Made by a program: the position numbers and the translations under genes
Part shown: positions 51,720-64,000 of the stretch, piece after piece
Layout: every line of letters starts with the position of its first letter
How positions within the stretch are numbered: position 1 is the first letter of the stretch
The notes under the pieces: generated by a model
What the model was told of the DNA's origin: nothing
What the model saw: the letters and a program-made list of their open reading frames with translations, nothing else
Database searches by the model: none
Origin: the human T2T-CHM13v2.0 reference genome, Homo sapiens
Length of the DNA: 64,000 nt
NCBI RefSeq assembly: GCF_009914755.1
Contig: NC_060932.1
Reading direction: 5' to 3' (one strand)

Positions 51720-53375
51720 CCAACTTGCTATGGAGGTAACACTAATGACCGTGTAGACCAATCTAATCTTCCATTCCAAGTGCTTTTTCTTCCTGACAGA
51801 TCAGCAGCATTTGACAGTACTGTCTCATCCCTTGAAAAAGTCTCTCCTGCAGGCTTCCAGGATAAGGAATTGTTCTAATTTACCTCCTGCACCACTGGCT
51901 GTTCCTTCTAATTCCCCTCTCCTGCTTGGACTTCATCTTCCTGATCTGTTAATGTTGGAGCACCCAAACACTCAGTTTTTGGTCTCTTTTGCACTTCAGT
52001 TTCCTTCCTTCAATTTTGTAGTTTGTATTCACAACTTAAAATACCATTATTATTGACTCAAATTCTTATCTCCATACTAGACTCTTATTCCAAAATGCAT
52101 CCTCATATAGCCTACTGACTATCTCCAGTTGGACATTAATCTGTCAACTCTTAGTATGTCCAAAAACAAGCCCTGGGTATTTTGGTTCCAGCCTGCCCTT
52201 CCTTCCTGCACTCCGCTTTTTTATTTAATATAAACTGTATCCTGCTGCATGTTCAGGATAAACCCTTGGAGCCTTCCTTGATTCCACTTTGTGTCATTGC
52301 CTTCACCTAATCTGTTAGCAAACTGGATTGAGTATATTTCAAAAATATTTAGAATTTGACCAATCCTTTCATTGCAAACACCCTGATCTAAACCATCATC
52401 ATCTCTCAAATAATCTGATTGGAGATTGCTCAGGTTTGGAATATTAATTCAGTAGCGATCTGCCCTGTATCCACTTTGGACTGTACTCAACACTTCAGCC
52501 AGATTAAGGAAGCCTGATCCTGTAAGCTCTTTCTTATAAATAGAAAAGTACATACATAAATACACAAATAACTCTTTACACAGTAAGAATCAAAATTCTA
52601 TTGACAATGAAGGAGGCTATGTATGTGTGAGACAGGGTGTATATCAGAAATTGCTGTACCTTTCTCTCAATTGTACTATGAACTTAAAACTATTCTGCGA
52701 ATATAGTCTATCCAAGAAAAAAATAAAAGGGCCCAAATCCTTGCAAAGGTCTGTCATGCCTCTCACAGTCTATCACCACTCACTCTTTCCCTCACTCTAA
52801 TTCAGCAATGCTGCCTTCTTGCTCTTCTGCAAAGAAATTCACTGTGATCCCACACCTGGGTTTTTGCAATTGTTTCCCACTTCCTGGAAAAGTTTTATGC
52901 ATATACCCACACAGTTCAATCAATCCTAGGTCTTTGTTCAAATTATTATTTTAACTGTCACTCTTACTCACTTCCATATTTTCAACTGCAACCCAGACCC
53001 AGCACTTCTCATTATCCTTCCCTATTTTATTTTTTATATATTTATTTTTTGTAGAGATGGAGTCTCACTATATTGCCCAGGCTGGCCTCAAACTCCTGGC
53101 CTCAAGCAACCCCCCTCTCTCGGCCTCCTAAAGTACTGTGATTACAGGCATAAGCCACAATACTAGGCCCTGTTTTGTTTTTTCTGCATGCACTTTTCAC
53201 AATCTAATATACTACATATGCTATTTATTACCGTTTTTATTTTCTCTTTTTCCTCAGAAAATTATAAACACCTTTAGGGTTGTTACTTTTCTATATTTTT
53301 TCATTGTCTCACTCTCAGTGACTGGAAAAATATTAGGGAAATAGTATATGTTTGATAAATATTTATTAATGTAGT
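51720..53375 (+). mobile_element. Mammalian L2 (RT to 3' end) with a small L1 3' piece (~52590-52725) and a FLAM inserted
   Basis: tcagcagcatttgaca (SAAFD), ggcttccagga, aaaataccat, aaaccttgga-like and ccatcatcatctctc motifs. Confidence 0.75.
53024..53169 (-). mobile_element. FLAM / Alu left monomer
   Basis: gtagagatggagtctcactatattgcccaggctgg...aaactcctggcctcaagc. Confidence 0.9.
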
Positions 53376-53464
53376 CATAAAGAGATGGACAATTTATTAA
53401 TGACAAGTACATCTTGTGGCTTGGGAAAATCAGGGTAAAATTTTACAGAAGAAATGTAGGGTAA

Positions 53465-53802
<338 letters not shown>

Positions 53803-54238
53803 TCACAAAAACTAGGGTAGGAGCAAAGGTATGAGCCCATGCATGGATTTGTGTACAGATGAAATATAGTTTTTCATCAGAAAAAATTAAAAAGAATGGA
53901 AATTAGCAAACAAGATAGGATGCATCAAATGTTGACTTTTAAAATGTGCGTTCCTGCAAGTAATCATACTCCGACACCTGACAGATCTGAAACTAAGAAA
54001 TTTCCAAAATATTGCTTCTCCAATGGTGAATATACAATGTGTTTCATTCCACTTCCTTACAGGGTTAAGCAATTGACTATCAATCAATAATCTTTTATGA
54101 AAGAAGAGATGGTGCAGCACACGCATGCCCAATATTAAGAGAGAGAAGACATTTATTGAGGCAAGCAGCTGGAGTGGACCTGCCCCCATCACCAGGCCAG
54201 CTTCCCACCTGCACGTGCAGCTCTTTCTTCTTTTGCAG

Positions 54239-54397
54239 GAGGCTGGCTCTGCTCATTAGACATGCAACAAAGAGCTGGCCTGTGGAGCACACATCCATAT
54301 TCATAACTCAAGTCAGCTGGAAAGTTGTACATTTTTCTTTCTGGGAAGTCATGGCGACAAAGACTGAAGACCCAGGCAGCACAAATGTGAATGATGG
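54239..54397 (+). other. Candidate spliced exon (159 nt) of an unknown, probably non-coding, transcript
   Basis: Acceptor ctctttcttcttttgcag|G and donor TGG|gtgagt in apparently non-repeat DNA; no transcript evidence available. Confidence 0.4.
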
Positions 54398-56035
54398 GTG
54401 AGTCCTTAATTCAACCTTCTCCCACCCTGACTGCAATCTCTGGTGGACTTTCTAGCAAGGAAATGGGACTGGGTCACTCCCCTGCTTAAAAACCTTTCAA
54501 AGGCCTCATCTTTTATAAAGTATAAATTTCTTTTATCTTATTATGTAAGGAACTGAGTTATCTTGCTCCTGCTTAATTCTGATTCTTTTTCTTTATATTT
54601 TCTTAGATGCATTTTGAACAAATGTGGTATGATTTACAAACAACAAATTGTACATGTATTAACTGTACATTTTCATCTATGTATGTAGTCATGAGAGCAC
54701 CAGTACAATCAAAATAATAAATATTCCTCTATCACTCCTGAAATCGTACACCTGCCCCTTTGTTACTATTTCCCTCCTGTCCATGTGAAGCCAAAGGTCA
54801 GCCTTCTTTTGCTGTGGATTAGTTTATATTCTCTATAATTTATAGAGATAAAATAATACAGTGTGTAATGAGAAGGAGTAGTCTGGCCTCTTTAACTCAG
54901 CATATTTAATTTGAGATTTTGTTGTTTGTATCAAGAGATCATTCTTTTATATTACTGACCCATATTCCACTGTATGAGTATATGACAGTTTAATTTAATG
55001 GCAGACATTGCTAATTTTATCTTATTAGGGGCTAGATATTTACACATTTATATAAATGTCATTGAACTCTGTTTGGCATGTCATTAATTTATTTATAAAC
55101 AGTGTGATCTTTTTCGGCCATTCTTCTAATATGTGGAAGTTGGTAACAGGGGTATGTTTAGTCTAGGACTAATTATATCTCACTATGGAGACAAGAATTC
55201 CTTGAATATTCCCTGCAATGTCTCATAATTTATGAGGATTTCTAGTGCGGCTTGTGAAACCAACCACTATTTCTGGCTGTGAGAGTTCCAAGCCTTTTTC
55301 TGACTAATTAATTTAGATGATACTTTCCCCAGACTCATGCTGTTTCCTCAGACATGTGCCCTAATCAATAGTCTGCTGAATCTCCAAGGGAGGCACTCTG
55401 CAGTCTCTAGATTTCTGTCTCTGCAGCTCTTTTCTCTCTCACGCTCTGTCCTGTGAACTCTAACTGCCTTGATCTTCTCTGAGTTTCAGGTCGGTCTCAG
55501 CTCTGGGAGTCTGTCGTGCTCTGCCTGAAATTCCCCTTCTCTGTGCTACAGCCTTGAAACTGTGTAGTAAACTGGGTCAATAATCTGCTCACCTTGTTTG
55601 TTCCTCATTTCCATGGTCATTCTCCTTTTATTGCCTGATATACAGTGTCTCAAAAATCGCCTTACATAAATTTTTTTGATTTGTAAATTGTTTTAGCTGA
55701 GAGGGTATTAACTGTTCCTTGTTATTTTACGTTGTCAGGAAATAAAGTCTCTTTTTATTATTAAAAGATATTTTCACTAGGAATAAAATTCTGGTTTGGC
55801 AGTACACTGCGTCCCCAACACCCCAATACACACACAGTTTGTTTTTCCTCTTACACATTTTAAAGATTTATTCCACTCTCCTCTGGTTTGTGTAATATCT
55901 GAAGAGAAGTTAGCTGTAATTCCATTATTTATTCTTTTGGATATAATGTGTCTTTTTGTTTCCCTGATTGACTTCAAATTTTTTTTTCTCTTTTGTTCCC
56001 AGTAATGTGCATGTAATACTCTAAGTGTTATGCAG

Positions 56036-56345
56036 CAGGGGTCCCCAACTTCCGGGCTGTGGACCAGTATCCACCTGTGGCCTGTTAGGAAGTGGGCCAC
56101 ACAGCAGGAGGTGCCCGCTGTCAGATCAGCAGCGGCAGTAGATTCTCACAGGAGCGCGAACCCTATTGTGAACTGCAGACTTGAGGGATCTGGGCTGCAT
56201 GCTTCTTATGAGAATCTAACTAATGCCTGATGATCTGAGATGGAACTGATTCATCCTGAAACCATCCCCCCTTTCTCCCACGGAGTCTGTGGAAAAATTG
56301 TCTTCTGCAAAACCAATCCCTGGTGCCAAAAATGTTGGGGACCTG
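56036..56345 (+). mobile_element. MER1B (hAT-Charlie)
   Basis: TIRs caggggtccccaac / gttggggacctg; TSD ttatgcag/ttatacat. Confidence 0.93.
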
Positions 56346-56593
56346 TTATACATTATATTTCTCAATTACTATTTTTTTCAAATATTTCTTCTGACTTTCC
56401 TCTCTTTTCTCCTTTTGAAATTCCAATTATATCCTTAACACACTGAGAGAGATTGAGGAGGTCCCCATCTCTTAGATTATATTGTATGTTTTGTTGTTTG
56501 CTGGTATCCCAGCTACCCATCTTTTCATGCCTTGGGTTTCAGTTAGGACAAGTTCTTTTCATCCATTTTCAATTTTGCTGATTCTTTCTGTAG

Positions 56594-56986
<393 letters not shown>

Positions 56987-58477
56987 TTGCATTTTCCTTC
57001 TTTTTTTTCCTCACAGTTTTTATTACTCTGCTGAAGTTTCCAGTCTAATTTTGAACAGTATCCACCTTCTCCACAACAACTTTTACCATATTAATTATAC
57101 TTACTTTAAATTACATTTTTGCTATTTCAACACTTAGGTCAGTTTGTTATGTGGATAGCTTTTAATATGTGTGTCTGTGCAATTTTGTGTTTATTTTGTT
57201 TTTACAATGTCTTATCATTTTTCACTGTTGTTGTTGAAATCTAGATCTCTTGGAAGAACAACAAAGACTGAAGTGAGTATATTTTATGCTTGGAAATGAG
57301 CAAATCATTCCTTTTGACAAGCCATTGATGTTGGGGGTGAGTATCTGTCTATCAGGAATTGAGCTAGATTTGAGATTTTTTTCTTGTTATTGTTACTCTT
57401 GGTACTCCAGAAGCTTTAAATACTTTTAATATTCCCTGTTATAACAGCTGCTCTGCCAAAGAGGTTTTGTCCACATCTGCTCAACTCTTAGCTTTATGCT
57501 TTCCATTTGCTCAATGTCTCAGAGATTATCTTAACTCTGTTGCTTGTCTTTCAACAGCGAAAAGCTATTACTGGCTACTTGATATTGGTTGGCCTGTTGT
57601 TGGAGGATGAAGTCTGTTCTTGTAATCTGATTAAGCCTCAGTTTTAGGCAGACACTAATCTCAAACTCCCTGGAGAAAAGCCTTCTAAGTAATCCTGCCC
57701 CATCTTCGCCTGGAGTGCTAAGCTAAGCATGAATTCCTAATCATCCTCTAAGATTAGACAACTTTTTTTTTTTCTCCAATTGAAGAGGGTTTTTACTCAG
57801 ACCCACTCAGTGGGTGACAGTGTTTGCAGCATTTTCCCCAGATCTTTAAGGTTGTGTTTCATAAGAAAAAGAGCCACTCTTGGATTTGTGACTTTCCCAC
57901 AGTGGCTGCGATTTCCCCCCGCTGGACCTGAACTGCCAGGAATGATTACTCAAGACTTTTGTCAGTCTTTATTGTGAAGACAATACCTGGTGAGGTCTGT
58001 GAAGAAGAGTCTGTTGAAGCATTTAAATTTCTCTTGTCTCAGCCCCTAGAGGTTTTATAGTCTCTTTTTTGCTGACACTATGCCATTACCACTTGTTATA
58101 CATTTTATCTGAATTCTTCTTATGGGTGTCTGGTGGTCCTTGCCCAGGTAAGCAGGTGCTTATGCACCGTTTCTACTGGGTGGTGACTGACTTGTCTTAG
58201 ATTTTCTGTTCAAGAAAATGTAGAAATTTTCATATTATGCAGAATAGGTTCTGGGATCGAAGTGATGAAGTTTTAATTTTCTATCCTCTAAATAGAAGGT
58301 AGAAATTACACTTTTACTTTTAGAAACAGGTATGATTTGTTTGTTTGAATTGATATGTGTAGAGCACTGATATTTACTGTATTATATGATTTGGCTGAAA
58401 TCTACAGTCTTATGAGTTGTTTTCTATTTTACTCCTTTTTGAGATTTTTTTTATTTTCTCTTCTTGTTTTACTTCTC

Positions 58478-59712
58478 TTTTTTATTGAGATGACGTTCAT
58501 ATAATATAAAATTAACCATTGTTTGAAGTAGATAACTCCGTGACATTTAGTCCACTCACAATACTATGCAACCACTACTTTTATCTGGCTCTAAAAGCAT
58601 TTTTGGGGTTTTAAAAGGAAACCCTATACCCTTTAAGCCATTGCCCTTCATTCCTCAAACCTCCTACTTTGCCCAAAGTAACCACCAGTGTACTTTCTGG
58701 CTGTATGTACTTTTGTATTTTGAACATCTCATACAAACAGCATCATGCAAGGTGCAGCCTATTGTGTCTGGCTTCTCTCACTCAGAATGTTCTGGAGGTT
58801 CATCCATGTCACAGTGTACATCAATACTTTATTACTTTTTATGACTGAGTAATATTCTATTTTATGTGTATATCATGATTTGTTTATCTGTTCATTCATT
58901 AATGAAAATTTCAACTGTTTTCACCCTTGGGTTATTATACATTGTGCCGCTATAAACATTCATATATGTGTACTTGTTTGTTAGCAGTTTCCGGTGCTAT
59001 TGAGCTTGTACCAAAGATTTTCCTTGCATGATCATACACCAATTCTATCTCACTTTTCGAGGAACCTGCAAACTGCTGTCCACAGTGCCTAAACCATTTT
59101 ACATCTCTACCAGCAACATATAAGTGTTCCAACTAATCCACATGCTTGCAAACTCTTGAAATTCTTTCTCTCTCTCTTAGAGGTTGTAAGGTTCTAACTC
59201 ATTATGGTTTTGATTTGCATTTCCCAATGACTGATTTTGAGTGTCTTTTCATGCATTCGTTAACCATTTGTATTCTTCTGTAGACAAATGTGTATTCAAC
59301 TCTTTTACCTGCCCCCTGCCCCTTTTAAAATGGGGTAGTTTGTTTTATGTTGTTAGTTGTAATAATTCTTTATATATTCTGACCACTAGACCCCTGTCAG
59401 ATATATAATTTGGTAATATTATTTCCCATTGTGTAGGCTTTTTATTTTCTTGATAATGTATTTCTATATATATATATATGTTTTCATATATATTTATATA
59501 TTTCATGTGTTATATATAAATACATGTATTTATTGATTTGTATTTATTGATTTCTTTTTAATAAAGCCCCATTTTTCCATTTTTTTGTTTTTCGTGCTCA
59601 CAGTGTGATATCTAAGAATCCATTGACAGATCTGAAGTCATAAAGACCTACCTCTAAGTTTTTTCTCAAAGTTTGATGGTTTCAGCTCTTATATTTAGAT
59701 TTTTGACACATT
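58478..59712 (-). mobile_element. L1MB-type 3' fragment with internal (TA)n
   Basis: aaaattaaccatt..., ttttatgactgagtaatattc, ggttttgatttgcatttccc. Confidence 0.88.
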
Positions 59713-60124
59713 TCAGTATTTTCAAAGGCAGACATTTATAAAAAAACATTAATTGAAAGGCTAAATTATCCATATTACTAAGGCCAGAAAGAATACCTAA
59801 GACAAATAACAACTATGAGAGACACCACCATAAAAGACACATAACAAAGAGGGCAAAAAGCTCCTCTTTGTTCACTATGGACTTGAATATTTCACGAAAT
59901 GGATTACATTTTAAAAAGGAAAAGAAAAGCCCTAGGTTGTTGGGTTATGCTAAGCTTTACTTCATAGCACCCATCCACAAACACAGGGGGAAGTTACAAT
60001 GGAAATTATTTCGTTTCAAGCATAATGGTTGCTGGTAGATATTTCCCTGAGTTTTTCATTTCTTCATTCGCCACATATGTACAGAGCACCAACTCTACAC
60101 CATGCCTGAGTTAAGACCTCATGG

Positions 60125-61759
60125 ATGAGTGCCACTGCTTGGCCTCTGCCACCTCAGGATCCTATTGTTCCTATTGTATTTAAATATTGTAGTTGAGTGG
60201 CTGCAGTTCCCACTGTTGGATCTGACATACAGAGAAGGACAATTACTGAGCTCTTCAAAGATACAGGTTCTGCCCTCACAAATCTACTTCACAAGGCATT
60301 GGTCAAGGGTATAGCTTCTGGACCCTCCCAGCTGGGATGAGTAGGTTTAAAGTGACTAAATGACTCCACCATCCCAATCTAAGCCTTTGGATCCCTTTGT
60401 CTACATTACACCAAGAGAGATTAGGCATTTCCAGCTCACTCACAGTGGTCCATCTTTTAATCCATGTTTCAGCTAACCAAGCAAATAAACTATGAGAACT
60501 CTTTTTAACTTCCTGGGCTGCAATATTAAATCCGAGTCCCTACTTAGTGGGCCCAAATCAATAAATTCAGCCTGATCCAACTCTGTGTTCCTTCCACCAT
60601 TATCCCATACCCTACTATCCATTCCCATCCCTGTTCTCCAGATTTCTGTTTATATAAATTAGAAAACTCAAGCAGTTCTTTTTAAGTGTAGTATGCCTCC
60701 TCATGGTCATACTCTCAACCTCACCTCTAGGGGCCTGCCGGGACTTTAGTCTAGTTATAGATCTAGAAGCAAACAGGGGTGTTGGGGGTGGCTCCTGGGG
60801 AGAATCAACATTATCTTACCTGGTAACTGTCTCAGGGGAGGCCATCACTGTTGCCTCAGGCAGTATAGGGTTTGTCTCCTCAGACAAAAGTGGAAAGGCT
60901 AATGGCAGCATGGGTTAGGGAGGAAATGTTGCCACTACAGGAGATGGGGAAGCTGTTTCTTCTGGCAAAAAAATTTCATCAGAGTTTACAAACTTAGTGT
61001 GCCCAGCTTCATCAGGGTCTTCCTGAGCTGACGTTGATTCCAGGGGACCCAAAACGTCATAGTGATCATCCAGTTAAAGTAGGGGCTTATGGAGGTTGGG
61101 TAATTAATGGAGTTTTAGCTCAGTTCCAACTTACAGTGGGTCCAGTGGGTAACCGGTCTTCCCACATGTCCCGATATCAAGTTGCAGGTCTCATTCTTTT
61201 CCAATCAATGCCCTCATTTTAACAGTAGTCACCTGGCGAGGCTGTGCATGCACCTTCCATTGCAGGTCAGCTACTCACATGATAAGAGTAGCTGTGTCTG
61301 TATTTCCACAACTTCAGCTCTTTCTTTACAGGAGATAAGACTCTCACTCAGGGCAACCTTAGCAGACTTGAGTCTTGGTATCTGCTTCTGATGCCGGGAG
61401 ATAGAATCCTTGAGTTCATCATTTTCTTTCATCACTTTGCCCACTGAACTTAGGACCAATCAACTAGCTTCATTATTTTCCTTGGTTCTCTACGTATGGT
61501 CAGAGGTATTATGTACAGGGTCACCAAACCCCTTGCCTCTCACAAGTGATGAATCAGGAGTGTCAAATGCATTTATTTTCCATAGCTCTCTAAACAGTTC
61601 ACTTCAAGGACTATCAGTGTTCTCCATAATATTAGAAGTAGTGTCCTTAGCATTTTGGGGTCTAATCATTTTAAGCAGCCAACTCCAGAAACCCCCAAAC
61701 CAGTGAAAGAACTCCATCCTCAATTCTGTTCCTCTAGAACCACTCCTGGCACCAAAATC
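60125..61759 (-). mobile_element. Truncated HERV-L internal sequence (leader and decayed gag)
   Basis: Abuts the LTR via gattttggtgccaggagtggttctagagg; gag peptides KVMKENDELKDS, WEDPDEAG and GGRGQAVAL on the minus strand. Confidence 0.92.
61024..61154 (+). mobile_element. Inverted HERV-L protease fragment inside gag
   Basis: Reads ELTLIPGDPKRHSDHPVKVGAYGGWVINGVLAQFQLTVGPVG, which matches ERVL protease just after the DTG motif. Confidence 0.88.
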
Positions 61760-62338
61760 TGTATTAGTCAGGGTTCTCTAGAGGGACAGAACTAATAAGA
61801 GATATATACATATATGTGTATATACACATATATATATATCCTATTTTATATATATATATTTTATATATATATATCCTATTTTATATATATATATATCTCC
61901 TTTTATATATAGGAGAGAGAGAGAGAGGAGATTATTAAGTATTAAGTTTAAGTATTAAGAGGAGTTTATTAAGTATTATCTCACATGATCACAGGTCCCA
62001 CAATAGGACTTCTGCAGGCTGAGGGGCAAGGACTGCCAGTTCCAAAAACTGAAGGACTTGGAGTTTGATGTTTGAAGGCAGGAAGCATCTAGCACTGCAG
62101 AATGATGTAGACTGGGAGGCTAGGCCAGTCTCTCTTTTCACATTTTCCTGCCTGCTTATACTGTAGCCACACTGATAGCAGATTAGATTGTGCCCACCCA
62201 GATTAAGGGTGGGTCTGCCTTTCCCAGCCCACAAGTCAAATGTTAATCTCCTTTGTCAACACCATCACAGACACACCCAGGATCCATACTTTGTATCCTT
62301 CAATTCAATCAAGTATACACTCGGTATTAACCATCACA
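61760..62338 (-). mobile_element. MLT2A (MLT2A1-like) 5' LTR of HERV-L with an internal TA microsatellite
   Basis: tgtattagtcagggttctctagagggacagaac...attaaccatcaca. Confidence 0.94.
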
Positions 62339-62879
62339 GGGCCTCTGCAATATTTATATTTGACCAGGATTTCTCTTCTACTTCTTTGTCCAAATGATCA
62401 ATCTCTGCTTCTGACCAGCTTCTCAGGGTATACAATTGCCTCTCAGCTGCTTGAGGTTCTCCACTGCGGTGCCCTCATCCATGTCCTATCCCTCATTAAA
62501 ACGATCATATTACATAGAAAAGAACTTAGTGGGACCTAGGAATAAAGTTCAGCAGAACGTGAGTGGAGATAAATTCAGGAGAAGCCCTCATTAAGGCTAT
62601 TTTATTAACCTTACTGGCTACTCCAGCATGCATCCTTTACAGAAAAGAACTATATTGAAAGACTATTATATACTTGTTTCTGGGATATATTATTTTTAGA
62701 AGAAAGAGGGCACAAAACTCAGTAAAAAATATTTAAAAACATCTAATATATCTCCAGAAATAGCATAAATAAAGATGACAAAAAGTCAAAAATAAATACT
62801 GTCACCAGCATACAATACACACGTATTATATGCTTGTAGGCATGTGCATATTGAGTTAAGAAACAAAAACATCTTTCAC

Positions 62880-63780
62880 TAAATATCAACCCCATCTTCT
62901 AACTATGTGACCTTGGAAAAAGAAACATCTCTCTTTTCTGAGCCTTGATATCCAATTAGAGTCAGTATTGCCTATTTTCCAGGCTGGGAGGAAGTTTTAA
63001 TGACAGCATGTATGTGGAAATAATTTTTGTACTTGTTAGTTCCTCCTGGCTATTTCATATACATCCTTTCTTTTTGTGTAAAATCATGACAGGGTGTAAG
63101 TTATTTAATTTTAAGTTGAATAAGGTAGTTTGTATATTATGAACAGTATACACAGCCTACCATTGTGCTGGACCACTATGTGTTAATAAATCAAAATCCC
63201 TCTCTTTAATGACAAGATATTTTCACATCTCACTCTCACATTCACTCATGTTCCAAACCAGGCAAACAGCCACAGTTGCTGGGTAGAATGAAGGACTCCT
63301 GGACACAGCTAGAGTAGGGAGAAGAAGAGAGTGACTGCAGGCATTAATGAGCAATTGTTATCTCCCAGAAACTTTTCTAATAACTTTATATTAAATCTCC
63401 ACAGAGACCTCATCAGACACTGTGTCAGTGACGTTCTAAAGGTAGTGAAGCTGGTGAGTGGTAGAGCCAGGCAGTATGGCATGTTACTACTCTACATACA
63501 GATCTGCTATTCACCAGCCCTGAGAGCTCTGCTTGCCTCCTGCATACACTCTCTAATTCATTTATGCATTCCCAAGGAGGGTTCCTATGTTTGGGAATTC
63601 ATTTACAAATAAAATATGACCTCCTCTCTCAAATAGGTCACAATCCATTTGGAACAGGATACAATTTCCTAATCTGTAAAATGGGGAAAAATACTCTGCC
63701 AATCTTACAATGCTGTTGTGGGAGCTGAATTTACATATATGAACGCATTTGTAGCTTTCAAATTACTCAACTAGCAGGAA
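62880..63780. mobile_element. Three MIR fragments (~62880-63040 +, ~63380-63530 -, ~63660-63780 +)
   Basis: ctatgtgaccttgg; ctggtgagtggtagagccagg; tttcctaatctgtaaaatgggga. Confidence 0.7.
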
Positions 63781-64000
63781 GCATTACTGCTGTGGCTGAA
63801 ATTCTTGGGCCAAACATTGAGATCTGTGCATTTGTCATGGGAAAGGAAAACAATGTCTTTGCCAAAAGCCCAAAGGAGCTCAGAGCTTCCAAAACAAAAG
63901 AGGAGGTAGAGTCTGTCAATCAGCTCTTCTCAGTATAGGAATATGCCACACAGAATGCCAGTATTACATGGATTGGTAAACTCTGTGTGCTCTTTAATTA

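Overview
Gene-poor, AT-rich primate genomic DNA (intergenic or intronic). Alu, THE1 and MADE1 elements mark it as primate, probably human or ape, but the locus is not identified. I find no supportable protein-coding gene, RNA gene, CpG island or CRISPR array. The listed ORFs are short chance frames, and many are translations of repeats. Interspersed repeats fill a large part of the window: 11 Alu/FLAM pieces, old L1M fragments, L2/MIR/L3, MaLR and ERV1/ERVL solo LTRs, a truncated HERV-L provirus, and several DNA transposons, often nested. The most notable observations are (1) a well-preserved RT fossil of an L2-clade LINE unlike mammalian L2 at ~2990-3268, overlapping PBX-HOX/MEIS motifs; (2) a clean 159-nt candidate + strand exon at 54239-54397; (3) an inverted protease fragment inside HERV-L gag, flanked by an 8-bp duplication; (4) a possibly twin-primed AluJ; and (5) several local templated duplications. 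Subfamily names come from remembered consensus sequences, not alignments, and boundaries of old elements are approximate. I do not see convincing evidence of a new multi-gene system.
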